This document shows positions 10,096 to 18,833 of a DNA stretch of 64,000 nucleotides, one piece after another. Every line of letters begins with the position of its first letter. Within the stretch, counting starts at the first letter, position 1. Source of the DNA: a bacterium (lineage in GTDB: Bacteria; Patescibacteriota; Minisyncoccia; JAUYLV01); contig JAUSGO010000004.1 of assembly GCA_030649025.1 (NCBI GenBank), positions 6,824-70,823 of the forward strand, read 5' to 3'. The translations under genes and the position numbers were made by a program. The notes under the pieces are model-generated. The model was not told where the DNA came from, made no database searches, and saw only the letters and a program-made list of their open reading frames with translations.

Positions 10096-10563
10096 TTACC
10101 AGGAGAAGTGTGCAAATGCCTTGTTCGCTTCCGCCATCCGGTGAGTGTCCGCCTTTTTCTTTATCGCGTATCCCGTGTTATTGGCCGCATCGATAAGCTC
10201 TTCCGCAAGCTTTTGCGCCATAGGCTTGCCCTTCCGGGTCCTTGCCCCGTTAATAAGCCATTTGCACGCCAAAAACATTTTCCGTTCTCCCCGCACTTCA
10301 CGCGGAACCTGATAGTTCGCGCCGCCCACGCGTCTGGATTTAAGTTCAAGCTGCGGCGTAGCGTTTTTTATGGCGGCGTCAAAGGCTTCAAGGGGATCCT
10401 TTTTTGTTTTTTCGCCCATGCGGACCAGCGCCGTATACATAATTCGCTCCGCAGTGGATTTCTTGCCCCGCTCCATAAGGTAATTAATAAATTTTGCGAC
10501 GACGGCGCTCGCGTACTTTGCGTCCGGCTGAATGGTTGTTTTTAGTTTTCGTTTACGCCTCAT
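10096..10563 (-). CDS. rpsG: 30S ribosomal protein S7
   Basis: SRRVGGANYQVP, HRMAEANKAFAHF. Confidence 0.99.
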   Translation of the reverse strand: MRRKRKLKTTIQPDAKYASAVVAKFINYLMERGKKSTAERIMYTALVRMGEKTKKDPLEAFDAAIKNATPQLELKSRRVGGANYQVPREVRGERKMFLACKWLINGARTRKGKPMAQKLAEELIDAANNTGYAIKKKADTHRMAEANKAFAHFSW

Positions 10564-10581
10564 ACTCTATGATTTATTATC

Positions 10582-11001
10582 TTATTTTTTATCCTGCGGC
10601 CGTTTCACGCCATATTTGCTTCGTTCTTGTTTTCTATTTTCCACTCCTCCCGCATCCAAAACTCCCCGCACAATGTGATAGCGCACGCCGGGAAGATCTT
10701 TGACGCGTCCACCACGAATAACCACCACCGAATGTTCCTGTAAGTTATGCCCGATACCGGGAATGTAGGCCGTAACTTCCATGCCGTTCGTAAGCCGCAC
10801 GCGGGCGATTTTGCGTAGGGCGGAATTCGGTTTTTTAGGGGTCATGGTTTTTACACTGATGCACACGCCGCGCTTGAAGGGCGAACTATAAAGTTTCGGC
10901 CTGTTTTTAAGCACGTTAAACCCGCGGGTCAGCACGGGGCTTTTTGATTTTACTTTTTGCGACTTTCGGGGACTCTTAATAAGCTGGTGGATTGTAGGCA
11001 T
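10582..11001 (-). CDS. rpsL: 30S ribosomal protein S12
   Basis: MPTIHQL start, [24 protein letters not shown]. Confidence 0.99.
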   Translation of the reverse strand: MPTIHQLIKSPRKSQKVKSKSPVLTRGFNVLKNRPKLYSSPFKRGVCISVKTMTPKKPNSALRKIARVRLTNGMEVTAYIPGIGHNLQEHSVVVIRGGRVKDLPGVRYHIVRGVLDAGGVENRKQERSKYGVKRPQDKK

Positions 11002-11102
11002 GATGTTAGAAAAGATAGCACACGACCAATCTAAAGACAAGCGAAAGCGTAACAAGGTCTCTTCGCGCTGTCAAATAAAAACTTTTGAATAAAAAACAAT
11101 CC

Positions 11103-11130
11103 TTGACAATCGTGGCTAATTTGTTAGTCT
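11103..11130 (+). promoter_or_regulatory. Sigma70-type promoter for the thiolase cluster
   Basis: TTGACA 11103-11108, TGtTAGTCT ending 11130. Confidence 0.5.
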
Positions 11131-11188
11131 AATTTCTTCCGGTTCATTGAAATTTAAGAACAAGTTCACAAAGAAGGGGGCGCTTATT

Positions 11189-12388
11189 ATGCATCAAGAA
11201 GTTGCGATAATCGGCTCGGGAATGACGCAGTGTCGGTCGCGGTGGGTCGAGAGAACATTTTGGAACCTTGCACAAGAGGCGGTTGCCGACGCCGTAAAAG
11301 ACGCGGGCATCCATATCAACGAAATAAAGGCCGGTGTTGCGGGTATTTACAACGACATCTTTGAATTTCAGGCAATTCCCGAATCGGGTCTCCAGGGCAT
11401 TGTCGGACTTGCGAACAAGCCTCTGATACGCGTTTCAAACGGTGGGGCAACGGGAGCCTACTCAATGCTTGCGGGCCATAACATGGTCGCAAGCGGCCAG
11501 TATGACCTTGTCGTGGTTTTCGGCGTTGAAAAGGCGCTGGATTGCTATGACTATGAGGCGCGTAGCGCCACACCTGCCGTGGTGCAGACCATTGGTTATT
11601 CGTGGGATCCGTGGTTCGAGCGTCCGCTTGGTGCGCATGCCTCGGAAAGTTACGCGGAGGTTGTACAAGCGTACATGGACGAACATCCAGGAGACCTCGC
11701 TCCGATGGCTCGCGCGAAAGTTGTGGAATTGTTGTGCCAGCACGCGCAGAACAATCCATACGCTCAGCGTCTGGGAGAGAAAGTAACGGCAGACCAAGTG
11801 CTTCGGTCGCGCTACATCGTCTATCCGATCAGGTCGCTTGAGACCTGCGTATACACCGAAGGGGCCTGTGCGCTTATTTTTGCCTCCGAAGACGTGGCAC
11901 GCAGTATGCAACGCATCGGAAAGACCCCCGTCTGGATTTCTGGCGTCGGCGCGGCAAATGAGCCGTATTTTGTGGGACGCGATATCAGCCGCTATAAAGT
12001 CCTGCATCGCATCTATTCCGACTATCTTGCCACAAAGCAGGCTCTTGAGATGGCGCATCTTTCCATTAACGACATTCAGATCATTGAGCTGCACGATGCG
12101 TACATTCCGCAGTTCATGATAACGCTTGCCGAGATGGGTGTTACACCGCTTGGTCGGGCAAATGACCTAGTGGAAGAAGGTATTATTATGCCCGGCGGAC
12201 GCCTCTTGGTAAATCCTTCCGGAGGTCTTGTCTTCGGCGGCCACTTTGTGGGCGGCTCGAACATGATGTCAACTTGGAGCGTGATGCGTGAATTCCGCGA
12301 ACGCAATCTTCAGTTTGGCATGATTCATGGCACGGGCGCATCGCTTTCGATGTATGGCTCCGTATTCGTGCTCGAAAGGAGGTCGTAA
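11189..12388 (+). CDS. Thiolase-superfamily protein (SCP-x/Ltp type) lacking the usual nucleophilic Cys
   Basis: VAIIGSGMT, RVSNGGATG (no Cys), VVFGVEK, EGACALIF, IELHDAY, VNPSGG..GHFVGG. Confidence 0.88.
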   Translation: MHQEVAIIGSGMTQCRSRWVERTFWNLAQEAVADAVKDAGIHINEIKAGVAGIYNDIFEFQAIPESGLQGIVGLANKPLIRVSNGGATGAYSMLAGHNMVASGQYDLVVVFGVEKALDCYDYEARSATPAVVQTIGYSWDPWFERPLGAHASESYAEVVQAYMDEHPGDLAPMARAKVVELLCQHAQNNPYAQRLGEKVTADQVLRSRYIVYPIRSLETCVYTEGACALIFASEDVARSMQRIGKTPVWISGVGAANEPYFVGRDISRYKVLHRIYSDYLATKQALEMAHLSINDIQIIELHDAYIPQFMITLAEMGVTPLGRANDLVEEGIIMPGGRLLVNPSGGLVFGGHFVGGSNMMSTWSVMREFRERNLQFGMIHGTGASLSMYGSVFVLERRS

Positions 12389-12389
12389 C

Positions 12390-13445
12390 ATGGCAACCGA
12401 GAAAAAATTCGTCATTCCGCCAGCCATGCTACCCGAAGAGGGTATGCACGAGGTTGTGGGAAGAGACGGGGAGACGTATCTTGTCCGAAACGATGCAATG
12501 TTCACCGGCATACAGCATGCCCAGGGGGAATTTTCCGCATTCTTCCTTGCTCTGCGCGATGAGTGCCGCATCTTCGGGCACCGATGTCCGAGTTGTAGAC
12601 ATATCATCGTGCCGCCATTCGAGAAGCTCTGTCCTCCGTGCAATTTCGAGAAAATGACAAAAGAGTACGTGCAGGACGTCGGGATAACCGTAGCGACGCC
12701 CGTCATTACTGTTTTTGCTCCGGCGCGATTCAAGGAAGAAGTTCCGTTTGCGACCGGTAGAGTATACTTAGCCACAGAAGACCACAACTTTGCCGACACA
12801 GCCCTGTTTCTGCGCATGCAGACAACCAAGGGCGCTATTCGTCCGGGGATATTTGGAAAAGAAACTCCGGTGAAAATCGTGTTCCGTGATGTGCGGCGTG
12901 GCGAGATTCGCGATATCTTTGCGGTTCCGCAATCGGAACTTACCGAGACGCAAATAGCCAAAAGCCCGCTCTTGGAAAGCGACCTTGAGTGGAACAGGGT
13001 TGAGGAGCCTCATTGGACCGCAACACCTGAACGCATGGAGGCGCGTCAAAAAGTAGCCAATGGATTTAAGCTTCTTGGCGAACGCATCGCCGCAAGCTCT
13101 CGCGCAACAAAGGACCTGGCAAACTGGAAACGTAATATCGTGGTTCATACCGGCGGCGGAACGTTCTGGTTTGCTATTCAGGACGGAACGCTTGCCGTGC
13201 ATGATGGGCCCTTCTATAGCAATCTTTATGGCGCGGCAGATCTTGTGCTGACCATTGAAGAGCCTGCACTGTTGCTTCATTGGGTAGAGGACGCACTCAA
13301 CACAAGCGGAGAGGGACTGACCAGTCCTCCTCTGACTGACTTTGTCATCGAGGGAACGCTCTTGCTCAACAAGACAGAGCTTGAGACGATCACGCGGCTC
13401 GACCGCATAACCCGTTCGCTTCGCCGGGACGCAAACAAAAAGTAA
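12390..13445 (+). CDS. DUF35 Zn-ribbon/OB-fold protein with C-terminal SCP2-like domain
   Basis: RCPSC...CPPC zinc ribbon, VPFATG..VKIVFRD OB-fold; C-terminal FWFAIQDGTLAVHDG..ADLVLTIE SCP2-like pattern; AGGAGG SD, 1 nt after the thiolase stop. Confidence 0.8.
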   Translation: MATEKKFVIPPAMLPEEGMHEVVGRDGETYLVRNDAMFTGIQHAQGEFSAFFLALRDECRIFGHRCPSCRHIIVPPFEKLCPPCNFEKMTKEYVQDVGITVATPVITVFAPARFKEEVPFATGRVYLATEDHNFADTALFLRMQTTKGAIRPGIFGKETPVKIVFRDVRRGEIRDIFAVPQSELTETQIAKSPLLESDLEWNRVEEPHWTATPERMEARQKVANGFKLLGERIAASSRATKDLANWKRNIVVHTGGGTFWFAIQDGTLAVHDGPFYSNLYGAADLVLTIEEPALLLHWVEDALNTSGEGLTSPPLTDFVIEGTLLLNKTELETITRLDRITRSLRRDANKK

Positions 13446-13451
13446 CTTCTT

Positions 13452-13475
13452 GGCGCACTTTCCGTGCGCCTTTTT
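13452..13475 (+). terminator. Rho-independent terminator
   Basis: GGCGCAC-tttcc-GTGCGCC-TTTTT. Confidence 0.7.
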
Positions 13476-13572
13476 ATTTCGCAAAACACATTGACGGTCC
13501 GTTGGCGCAATGCTAAACGGTATTATATATGGCTCTTTTATAATTTTTGCATCATTCCATCGGAGGGATCTC

Positions 13573-15552
13573 ATGACGAAAGACCAATTTGACTGGATGC
13601 CGACCAAAACGCATCTGCAAGATTCGCGCATCGGGAGCTTTATGCAGAAACACGGTATCGCAGACTTCAGGAAGCTTATAGAAAAATCGAATGCCGATGT
13701 ATCTTGGTTCTGGACCGCCGCACTGGAAGATCTCGGATTCGAGTGGCATACGCCGTATCATGCGCTTTTTGACGACTCGCTGGGAATGCCGTGGGTAAAG
13801 TGGTTTTTGGGCGGGAGGCTCAACATCGTCCATCACTGTCTGGACCGCCATCTTCGCGACGGAAAATCCAAAAAAGATGCTCTTGTCTGGGAGGGAGAGG
13901 ATGGTCTGATCCGCAAAATCACATATGGAGAACTCGCGCATTTGGTAGAAAAAATTTCTGCGGCTATGACGAGCGTCGGGGTGGCGAAGGGTGATGTTGT
14001 TGCAATGTGCATGGACCTCACCATTGAAGCGGTTGCTGTCATGTTCGCCTCCTTTAAAATAGGCGCAACGTGCCTTCAGACCGGAACGTGGCACGCGCCC
14101 GCGGAGCTTGCCGAAACTTTGCGTCGCGGTGCTCCAAAGATGCTATTTATTCACGAAAGTTTGCGTCGCGGAGGAGAAGAAAAAAGTCTGCAGGCGGCGA
14201 TTGAATCCATAGGATCCGACAGTACGTTGCCCGTAACCGTCGTAGTTGTGCCAAGGATTGGCGCAAGCAAGGAAGAACGAGAAAGCGTTTCAGGTCCTTC
14301 CGGCGGGCGTATAAATAAATTTGGAATTCTGCTGGCGTCCGCAGAGAATAAGCCCGCTGTTAAAACACTGGCACTTGACGCGGAGACGCCGTCGCTCATC
14401 CTTTTTTCTTCCGGCACGACCGGGCGCCCCAAGGCCATTGTCCATACTCACGGAGGAGCACTCGCACAGGTTGTAAAGGAGGTGGGATACGCTTTTGACT
14501 GCCGCGAAAACGACGTTTTCTGCTGGACGACAAATCTTGGATGGATGATGGCGCCATGGGAAATAATCGGAACGATGTTCTTTGGCGCTACGCTGGTCCT
14601 TATCGAAGGATCTTGCGCGTACCCGACGCCGCACCGAATCTTTGAAATCATCCAGCGGCAGCGCATCTCCATCTTAGGCACAACGCCCGGCCACCTTCAG
14701 AAACTGCGGGACTGCTCCGAGCAGTACGGTCGGCATGATCTTTCGAGCCTTAGGATCCTTGGCTCCACTGGAAAAGTTCTTGACGCAGAACTTTGGAGCT
14801 GGTTCTTCACGACATTTGGAGACAAGAAGCTTCCCATCGTCAATATATTCGGCGGCACCGAGGTGCTTGGATGCCTTGGGTCCGCTCTTCCCATTATGCC
14901 CCTTAAGGCAGGAACGGTCGGGATGGCGGCTCTTGGAACTGGTTCAGACGTTTGTGATGATGGAGGAAATTCTGTCCGCGGACAGGCGGGAGATGTGGTT
15001 TGCCGCTCCCCTATTCCTTCCATGACCAGGAGCTTTTTCGGAGATCCTCAGGGATATTTAGATGCCTATTTCTCTCATGGGACGCATCTTTGGTGGCATG
15101 GCGACCGGGCGATCATTGACGAGGATGGTCTCTGGTTCCATCTCGGGAGATCGGATGATCTTATTATAAGGGATGGGGTGAAACATGATCCGGTAAAAAT
15201 TGAGAGCGCGCTCAAGGCATTTCCCGGACCACCGCGTATTCGGGACGTCGCCGCGATAAGCACGACCGACAAGAACGGTCACGACCGCATCGTTTGTTTC
15301 GTCGTAATAGACGGGGCATTCGTGGAAAATGTGAAGGAATTTTTGCACGATGTGCGGGCCCACACGAAAATAACCTATGGAGCGCTCGGACAGCCCGATG
15401 AGGTTTATGTCGTCAGAGAGCTTCCGGTGAACCAGGCAAACAAGGTGCCGCACAAGGCATTACGGCTTATGCTTGAAGGAAAGGATGTGGGCGAAGTAGC
15501 GCTACAGAATCCTTGGGCACTTGAAGAAATACGCAGGGCGCTGAATTGTTAA
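13573..15552 (+). CDS. AMP-forming acyl-CoA synthetase (acetate/acetoacetate-CoA ligase family)
   Basis: WFLGGRLNIVHHCLDRH, FSSGTTGRPKAIVH, GGTE, HGD, GRSDD motifs; GGAGG SD before ATG 13573. Confidence 0.9.
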   Translation: MTKDQFDWMPTKTHLQDSRIGSFMQKHGIADFRKLIEKSNADVSWFWTAALEDLGFEWHTPYHALFDDSLGMPWVKWFLGGRLNIVHHCLDRHLRDGKSKKDALVWEGEDGLIRKITYGELAHLVEKISAAMTSVGVAKGDVVAMCMDLTIEAVAVMFASFKIGATCLQTGTWHAPAELAETLRRGAPKMLFIHESLRRGGEEKSLQAAIESIGSDSTLPVTVVVVPRIGASKEERESVSGPSGGRINKFGILLASAENKPAVKTLALDAETPSLILFSSGTTGRPKAIVHTHGGALAQVVKEVGYAFDCRENDVFCWTTNLGWMMAPWEIIGTMFFGATLVLIEGSCAYPTPHRIFEIIQRQRISILGTTPGHLQKLRDCSEQYGRHDLSSLRILGSTGKVLDAELWSWFFTTFGDKKLPIVNIFGGTEVLGCLGSALPIMPLKAGTVGMAALGTGSDVCDDGGNSVRGQAGDVVCRSPIPSMTRSFFGDPQGYLDAYFSHGTHLWWHGDRAIIDEDGLWFHLGRSDDLIIRDGVKHDPVKIESALKAFPGPPRIRDVAAISTTDKNGHDRIVCFVVIDGAFVENVKEFLHDVRAHTKITYGALGQPDEVYVVRELPVNQANKVPHKALRLMLEGKDVGEVALQNPWALEEIRRALNC

Positions 15553-15620
15553 TGAGCGCTTGCAGCAAGGCATGTAATCCAAAAACTCCGTTCAAAATTC
15601 GAACAAGTTTTTATTAAAGA

Positions 15621-15650
15621 CGGCGCACACCACTGCGCCGCTTTTCTTTT
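15621..15650 (+). terminator. Rho-independent terminator
   Basis: CGGCGCA-caccac-TGCGCCG then CTTTTCTTTT. Confidence 0.65.
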
Positions 15651-15654
15651 TCAT

Positions 15655-15705
15655 CCACGCACCAGTCCCGCCAAGGCGGGACGGTACGGGGTTTCGCCCC
15701 GCACC
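15655..15705. repeat. GC-rich palindromic element (CCCGCCAAGGCGGG core)
   Basis: CCACGCACCAGTCCCGCCAAGGCGGGACGGTACGGGG hairpin. Confidence 0.55.
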
Positions 15706-15795
15706 AGAACACCGCGTCAAGAAACCATTAGTTCTGTTGGCGAAGCTTCATTTTTTCTGCTAAGCTCTATTTAGGATATTTAACCATCCATTCAT

Positions 15796-16401
15796 ATGTC
15801 CGGTGACGCTTCCCAAAAAGAAAAAGAGCTTTACAGCAAATTCAAAAATGCCTATGAAGCACATGAAAAACGTGTATGGGAAATTGAAAAAATCATGGCC
15901 AGGCTTAGCCAGGCAAAAAAAGAAGGGAGAAAAGATCCAGAAAGAGAACGGCAGCGCGAGGAAGCTTCTGCTCTTGTCCAAAAAGAGCTTGACGTCATCC
16001 AGCGGCTTGTTTTAGAGGCAAAAGAAGCGCTGGGTTCGCCAAAAAGCTTTCTCGGCGAGTCGGTTGATGCGAACGGGCTTACCTCGACAATTAGAAAACT
16101 CATTGAGCGGGAAGCGATTGAAAAGGCTGACCTCGCGTTTCCCTACACATTTCGAACAGCTCTTCTTAACGCCTTTCTGGAACGCGAAAAGCAAACAAGG
16201 GCATCGATTTATAAAAAACATGTTCGTAAGGGGTTCGGAAGTTCCGTTGAGAGTCTTATAGAGGAAGAACAGCAGAAAAACGAAGCCTATAGAAAACAAC
16301 TCATGGATAAGTATCCGGACCTTCTATCCCCTAGTGATGTCGAGCTATTCAGCATGGCCTTTAAGCGCCGCATGGCTCGACATGGCGAAGAGGCCGTTTA
16401 A
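15796..16401 (+). CDS. Hypothetical charged alpha-helical protein
   Basis: 201-aa E/K-rich ORF, no recognisable motif. Confidence 0.7.
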   Translation: MSGDASQKEKELYSKFKNAYEAHEKRVWEIEKIMARLSQAKKEGRKDPERERQREEASALVQKELDVIQRLVLEAKEALGSPKSFLGESVDANGLTSTIRKLIEREAIEKADLAFPYTFRTALLNAFLEREKQTRASIYKKHVRKGFGSSVESLIEEEQQKNEAYRKQLMDKYPDLLSPSDVELFSMAFKRRMARHGEEAV

Positions 16402-16414
16402 GTCGTAGATTATT

Positions 16415-16487
16415 GGGCGCATAGCTCAGCGATTAGAGCATCCGCCTTACACGCGGAGGGTCCTAGGTTTAAATCCTAGTGCGCCCA
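16415..16487 (+). tRNA. tRNA-Val(TAC)
   Basis: Acceptor GGGCGCA/TGCGCCC, anticodon stem TCCGC/GCGGA with loop CTTACAC, T-stem CTAGG/CCTAG; CCA not encoded. Confidence 0.93.
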
Positions 16488-16495
16488 CAATAAAT

Positions 16496-17044
16496 TGTTC
16501 CATGTGAAACGTTAGTGTGTTTTTCTATGAAACAGGGCCACATGTTTCATGGGAAACATTTTTTAATCATGGATAGCCGTACGGAAATAGGCAGATCAGG
16601 AGAAGGTGCCGCATCAAGTTTTCTTATCAACAATAATTACCGCATCATCCACAGAAACTTCCACCTAGGAAGAATGGGGGAAATAGACATAATAGCAGAA
16701 AAAAGTGTTGGATTTTGGCCATTTTTAGAGAAAAGTCTAGTTTTTGTAGAAGTAAAAACGCTTGTCATAGGAAGTTTTAAGAAGGAATATGATCCAGAAA
16801 TGCGCGTAGACGGCAAAAAACAAGAAAGACTTATAAGATTGGCCAGTCTATACCTCTCTAAAAACAAGATTAAGGCGGACACGCCGTGGCAAATTGATGT
16901 AATTGCTGTTGAAATAGAAAGTTCCACGGGAAACATAAAAGAGATTCGTCATCATGAAAACGCTGTTCATTTATAGAACTCTTCGTGTTTCATGAGAAAC
17001 ATTTTTATAATTCCACGTGAAACATTAATGTTTCACGTGGAATA
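16496..17044. promoter_or_regulatory. parS cluster (ParB-binding palindromes)
   Basis: Matches to TGTTTCACGTGAAACA at 16496, 16543, 16920, 16986, 17009 and 17029, plus a weak one near 16519. Confidence 0.85.
16569..16976 (+). CDS. YraN/UPF0102 family endonuclease-like protein
   Basis: GRSGE..A, RNF, GEIDIIA, LVFVEVK, QIDVIAV, HHENA motifs. Confidence 0.9.
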   Translation: MDSRTEIGRSGEGAASSFLINNNYRIIHRNFHLGRMGEIDIIAEKSVGFWPFLEKSLVFVEVKTLVIGSFKKEYDPEMRVDGKKQERLIRLASLYLSKNKIKADTPWQIDVIAVEIESSTGNIKEIRHHENAVHL

Positions 17045-17103
17045 GATGTTTGCGAACAAATTACTTATTTGATAGCATGATGCTGAAGTAAAATTTAATA
17101 CTT

Positions 17104-17174
17104 GCGGGTATCGTATACCGGTATTATGCCACCTTGCCAAGGTGGAGAAACGGGTTCAATTCCCGTTACCCGCT
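17104..17174 (+). tRNA. tRNA-Gly(GCC)
   Basis: Acceptor GCGGGTA/TACCCGC, anticodon stem CCACC/GGTGG with loop TTGCCAA, T-loop TTCAATT. Confidence 0.95.
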
Positions 17175-17178
17175 CACC

Positions 17179-17213
17179 AAAATAAAACTGCCCCTTGTGA
17201 GTAGTTTTATTTT
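17179..17213 (+). terminator. Hairpin terminator after tRNA-Gly
   Basis: AAAATAAAACTGC...GTAGTTTTATTTT. Confidence 0.55.
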
Positions 17214-17460
17214 GGTCGAACTTGGGGAATTAAAGGGAGGTCCGGTGGACTTCCCAGGTTTTTCTGAGCCGGAGGAACGAGGAGAGGAAAAGAATTCCCG
17301 TTACCTGCTTCAAGATGCGACTCAATATGTTCTATAAAATTGGTATTCGCGACGAAGTCCCGATCCGCCAGAGGCGGAGAGGGAAAAATCCTCTCAGTTG
17401 CGGCTTTTTCTGTTTACGGATGATGAGAAGTTTGAACCTTTTTATGTTATAATTACCAAT

Positions 17461-17868
17461 ATGAACGAGAATCCGGTATCAGTTGTTGTTTTTTACGATA
17501 TCAGTCACAAGCTGCTAATGCACAAAAGAAAGTCTTCTCCGGAAAAATGGGCCTTTATTGGTGGCGGCATCAAAACAAAGGAAGACCCCCTAGTAGCAGC
17601 GAAAAGAGAGGTTCAAGAAGAGCTAGGATACGAAGCAAAAAATTTACGTTTTTTTAGAAAATACGAAGTTTCTCGGGCTGGAGACATTAGCGCTGTTTAC
17701 GTTTACATTGCTCCATTTCCAGGATTCGACCAATTCCACCACACAAAAGAAGGAGACATTAGAAGTGACCTGCATTTAGTTACCATAGAACAAGCGAAAA
17801 CTTTGCCAAGCTTCCCGGTGGCCTATCAAATAATGGAAGACGTTGTAAATTTCTTGAATAGGGCATAG
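17461..17868 (+). CDS. NUDIX hydrolase
   Basis: Nudix box GGGIKTKEDPLVAAKREVQEELG. Confidence 0.9.
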   Translation: MNENPVSVVVFYDISHKLLMHKRKSSPEKWAFIGGGIKTKEDPLVAAKREVQEELGYEAKNLRFFRKYEVSRAGDISAVYVYIAPFPGFDQFHHTKEGDIRSDLHLVTIEQAKTLPSFPVAYQIMEDVVNFLNRA

Positions 17869-17894
17869 CAATTTCCAATGCTGCTATTCCAATA

Positions 17895-17919
17895 GGTTCG
17901 AACAACGCATAACCCGTTC
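17895..17919 (+). repeat. 25-bp direct repeat, copy 1
   Basis: GGTTCGAACAACGCATAACCCGTTC, identical to 18778-18802. Confidence 0.9.
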
Positions 17920-18051
17920 AAGTTGATCCAGTCGAAGTGTTTATGGGTGAGGAGAAATCTGATCGCAAGGATCTGGACAGGAAAGTCAAAGTATGCTAAA
18001 ATGTCCTGTTCGTTCAAATTCAGGAAAACTTTCCGGAAGGAGGATGCATAA

Positions 18052-18630
18052 ATGGCTGGTTGGTCAGGAATTTACACAAATGATCAGGAGGTTGCCAGAA
18101 GCCTTATTCGGCAACTTACTGAAATGGGGTTGGTGATAGAAAGCAGAGCGTCAACTGACCCGAGCATCTCACTTTGGAAGAACGGGGTCTGGTTTTGGCT
18201 GGATCTGCCGGGTTACTTCCATCCTCTTTCCAAGAAACTGTTTGAGCTTGCGCGCGACATTATGCAGCCGAGGGAAAAACAAGAAGTATACATAAGCCCG
18301 AAAGACCTGCAAAGTCAAAACGCCGACAAGTCACAGGAGGGCGCGGGAGCCGTGCTGGTCTATCAGGCTGCCAACAACACTACTGAAAGCGGGTTCTACG
18401 TTGAGTTCGCCGACGGGGCGGAAACCGAGGCCCACTTCTTTGAGAACCCAGAGGATAAATGCAGTGATGGCTCAAATGAGATTGCCGCAGAATACTTCCT
18501 GAAACGCCACAATCTGGAAATTCACACGGACTTTCCCGATAACTGGAGAGTCGTAGAAGATTATGAACTGACAGAAAAAGCTCTACAAGAAGTGGAAAGA
18601 GAACATAGTTCTATACCAGCGGCGCGATAA
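18052..18630 (+). CDS. Hypothetical acidic protein
   Basis: 192-aa ORF with strong SD (AAGGAGG) and its own promoter-like TGcTAAAAT. Confidence 0.75.
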   Translation: MAGWSGIYTNDQEVARSLIRQLTEMGLVIESRASTDPSISLWKNGVWFWLDLPGYFHPLSKKLFELARDIMQPREKQEVYISPKDLQSQNADKSQEGAGAVLVYQAANNTTESGFYVEFADGAETEAHFFENPEDKCSDGSNEIAAEYFLKRHNLEIHTDFPDNWRVVEDYELTEKALQEVEREHSSIPAAR

Positions 18631-18777
18631 TCTCGCTCCGTTTTTTCTTTTCCAGCAGAAAAACTTGGCACCCCAAACCAGAGTTGTTATGGGCGACACG
18701 GTTGGGGGCAGTCACAAATCGTAATCGCTAAGACGATTTCTGGTTCATGGGCACAAACCACCCACGCCCACCACAGC

Positions 18778-18802
18778 GGTTCGAACAACGCATAACCCGT
18801 TC
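18778..18802 (+). repeat. 25-bp direct repeat, copy 2
   Basis: GGTTCGAACAACGCATAACCCGTTC. Confidence 0.9.
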
Positions 18803-18833
18803 CAAAAGAAAAAGTCCCTTAGCGGGACTTAAA

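Noticed and set aside
8279-10545. Long plus-strand ORFs (222, 235, 148, 145 aa) and similar antisense ORFs elsewhere
   Set aside because: Shadow frames of fusA, rpsG and other conserved genes.
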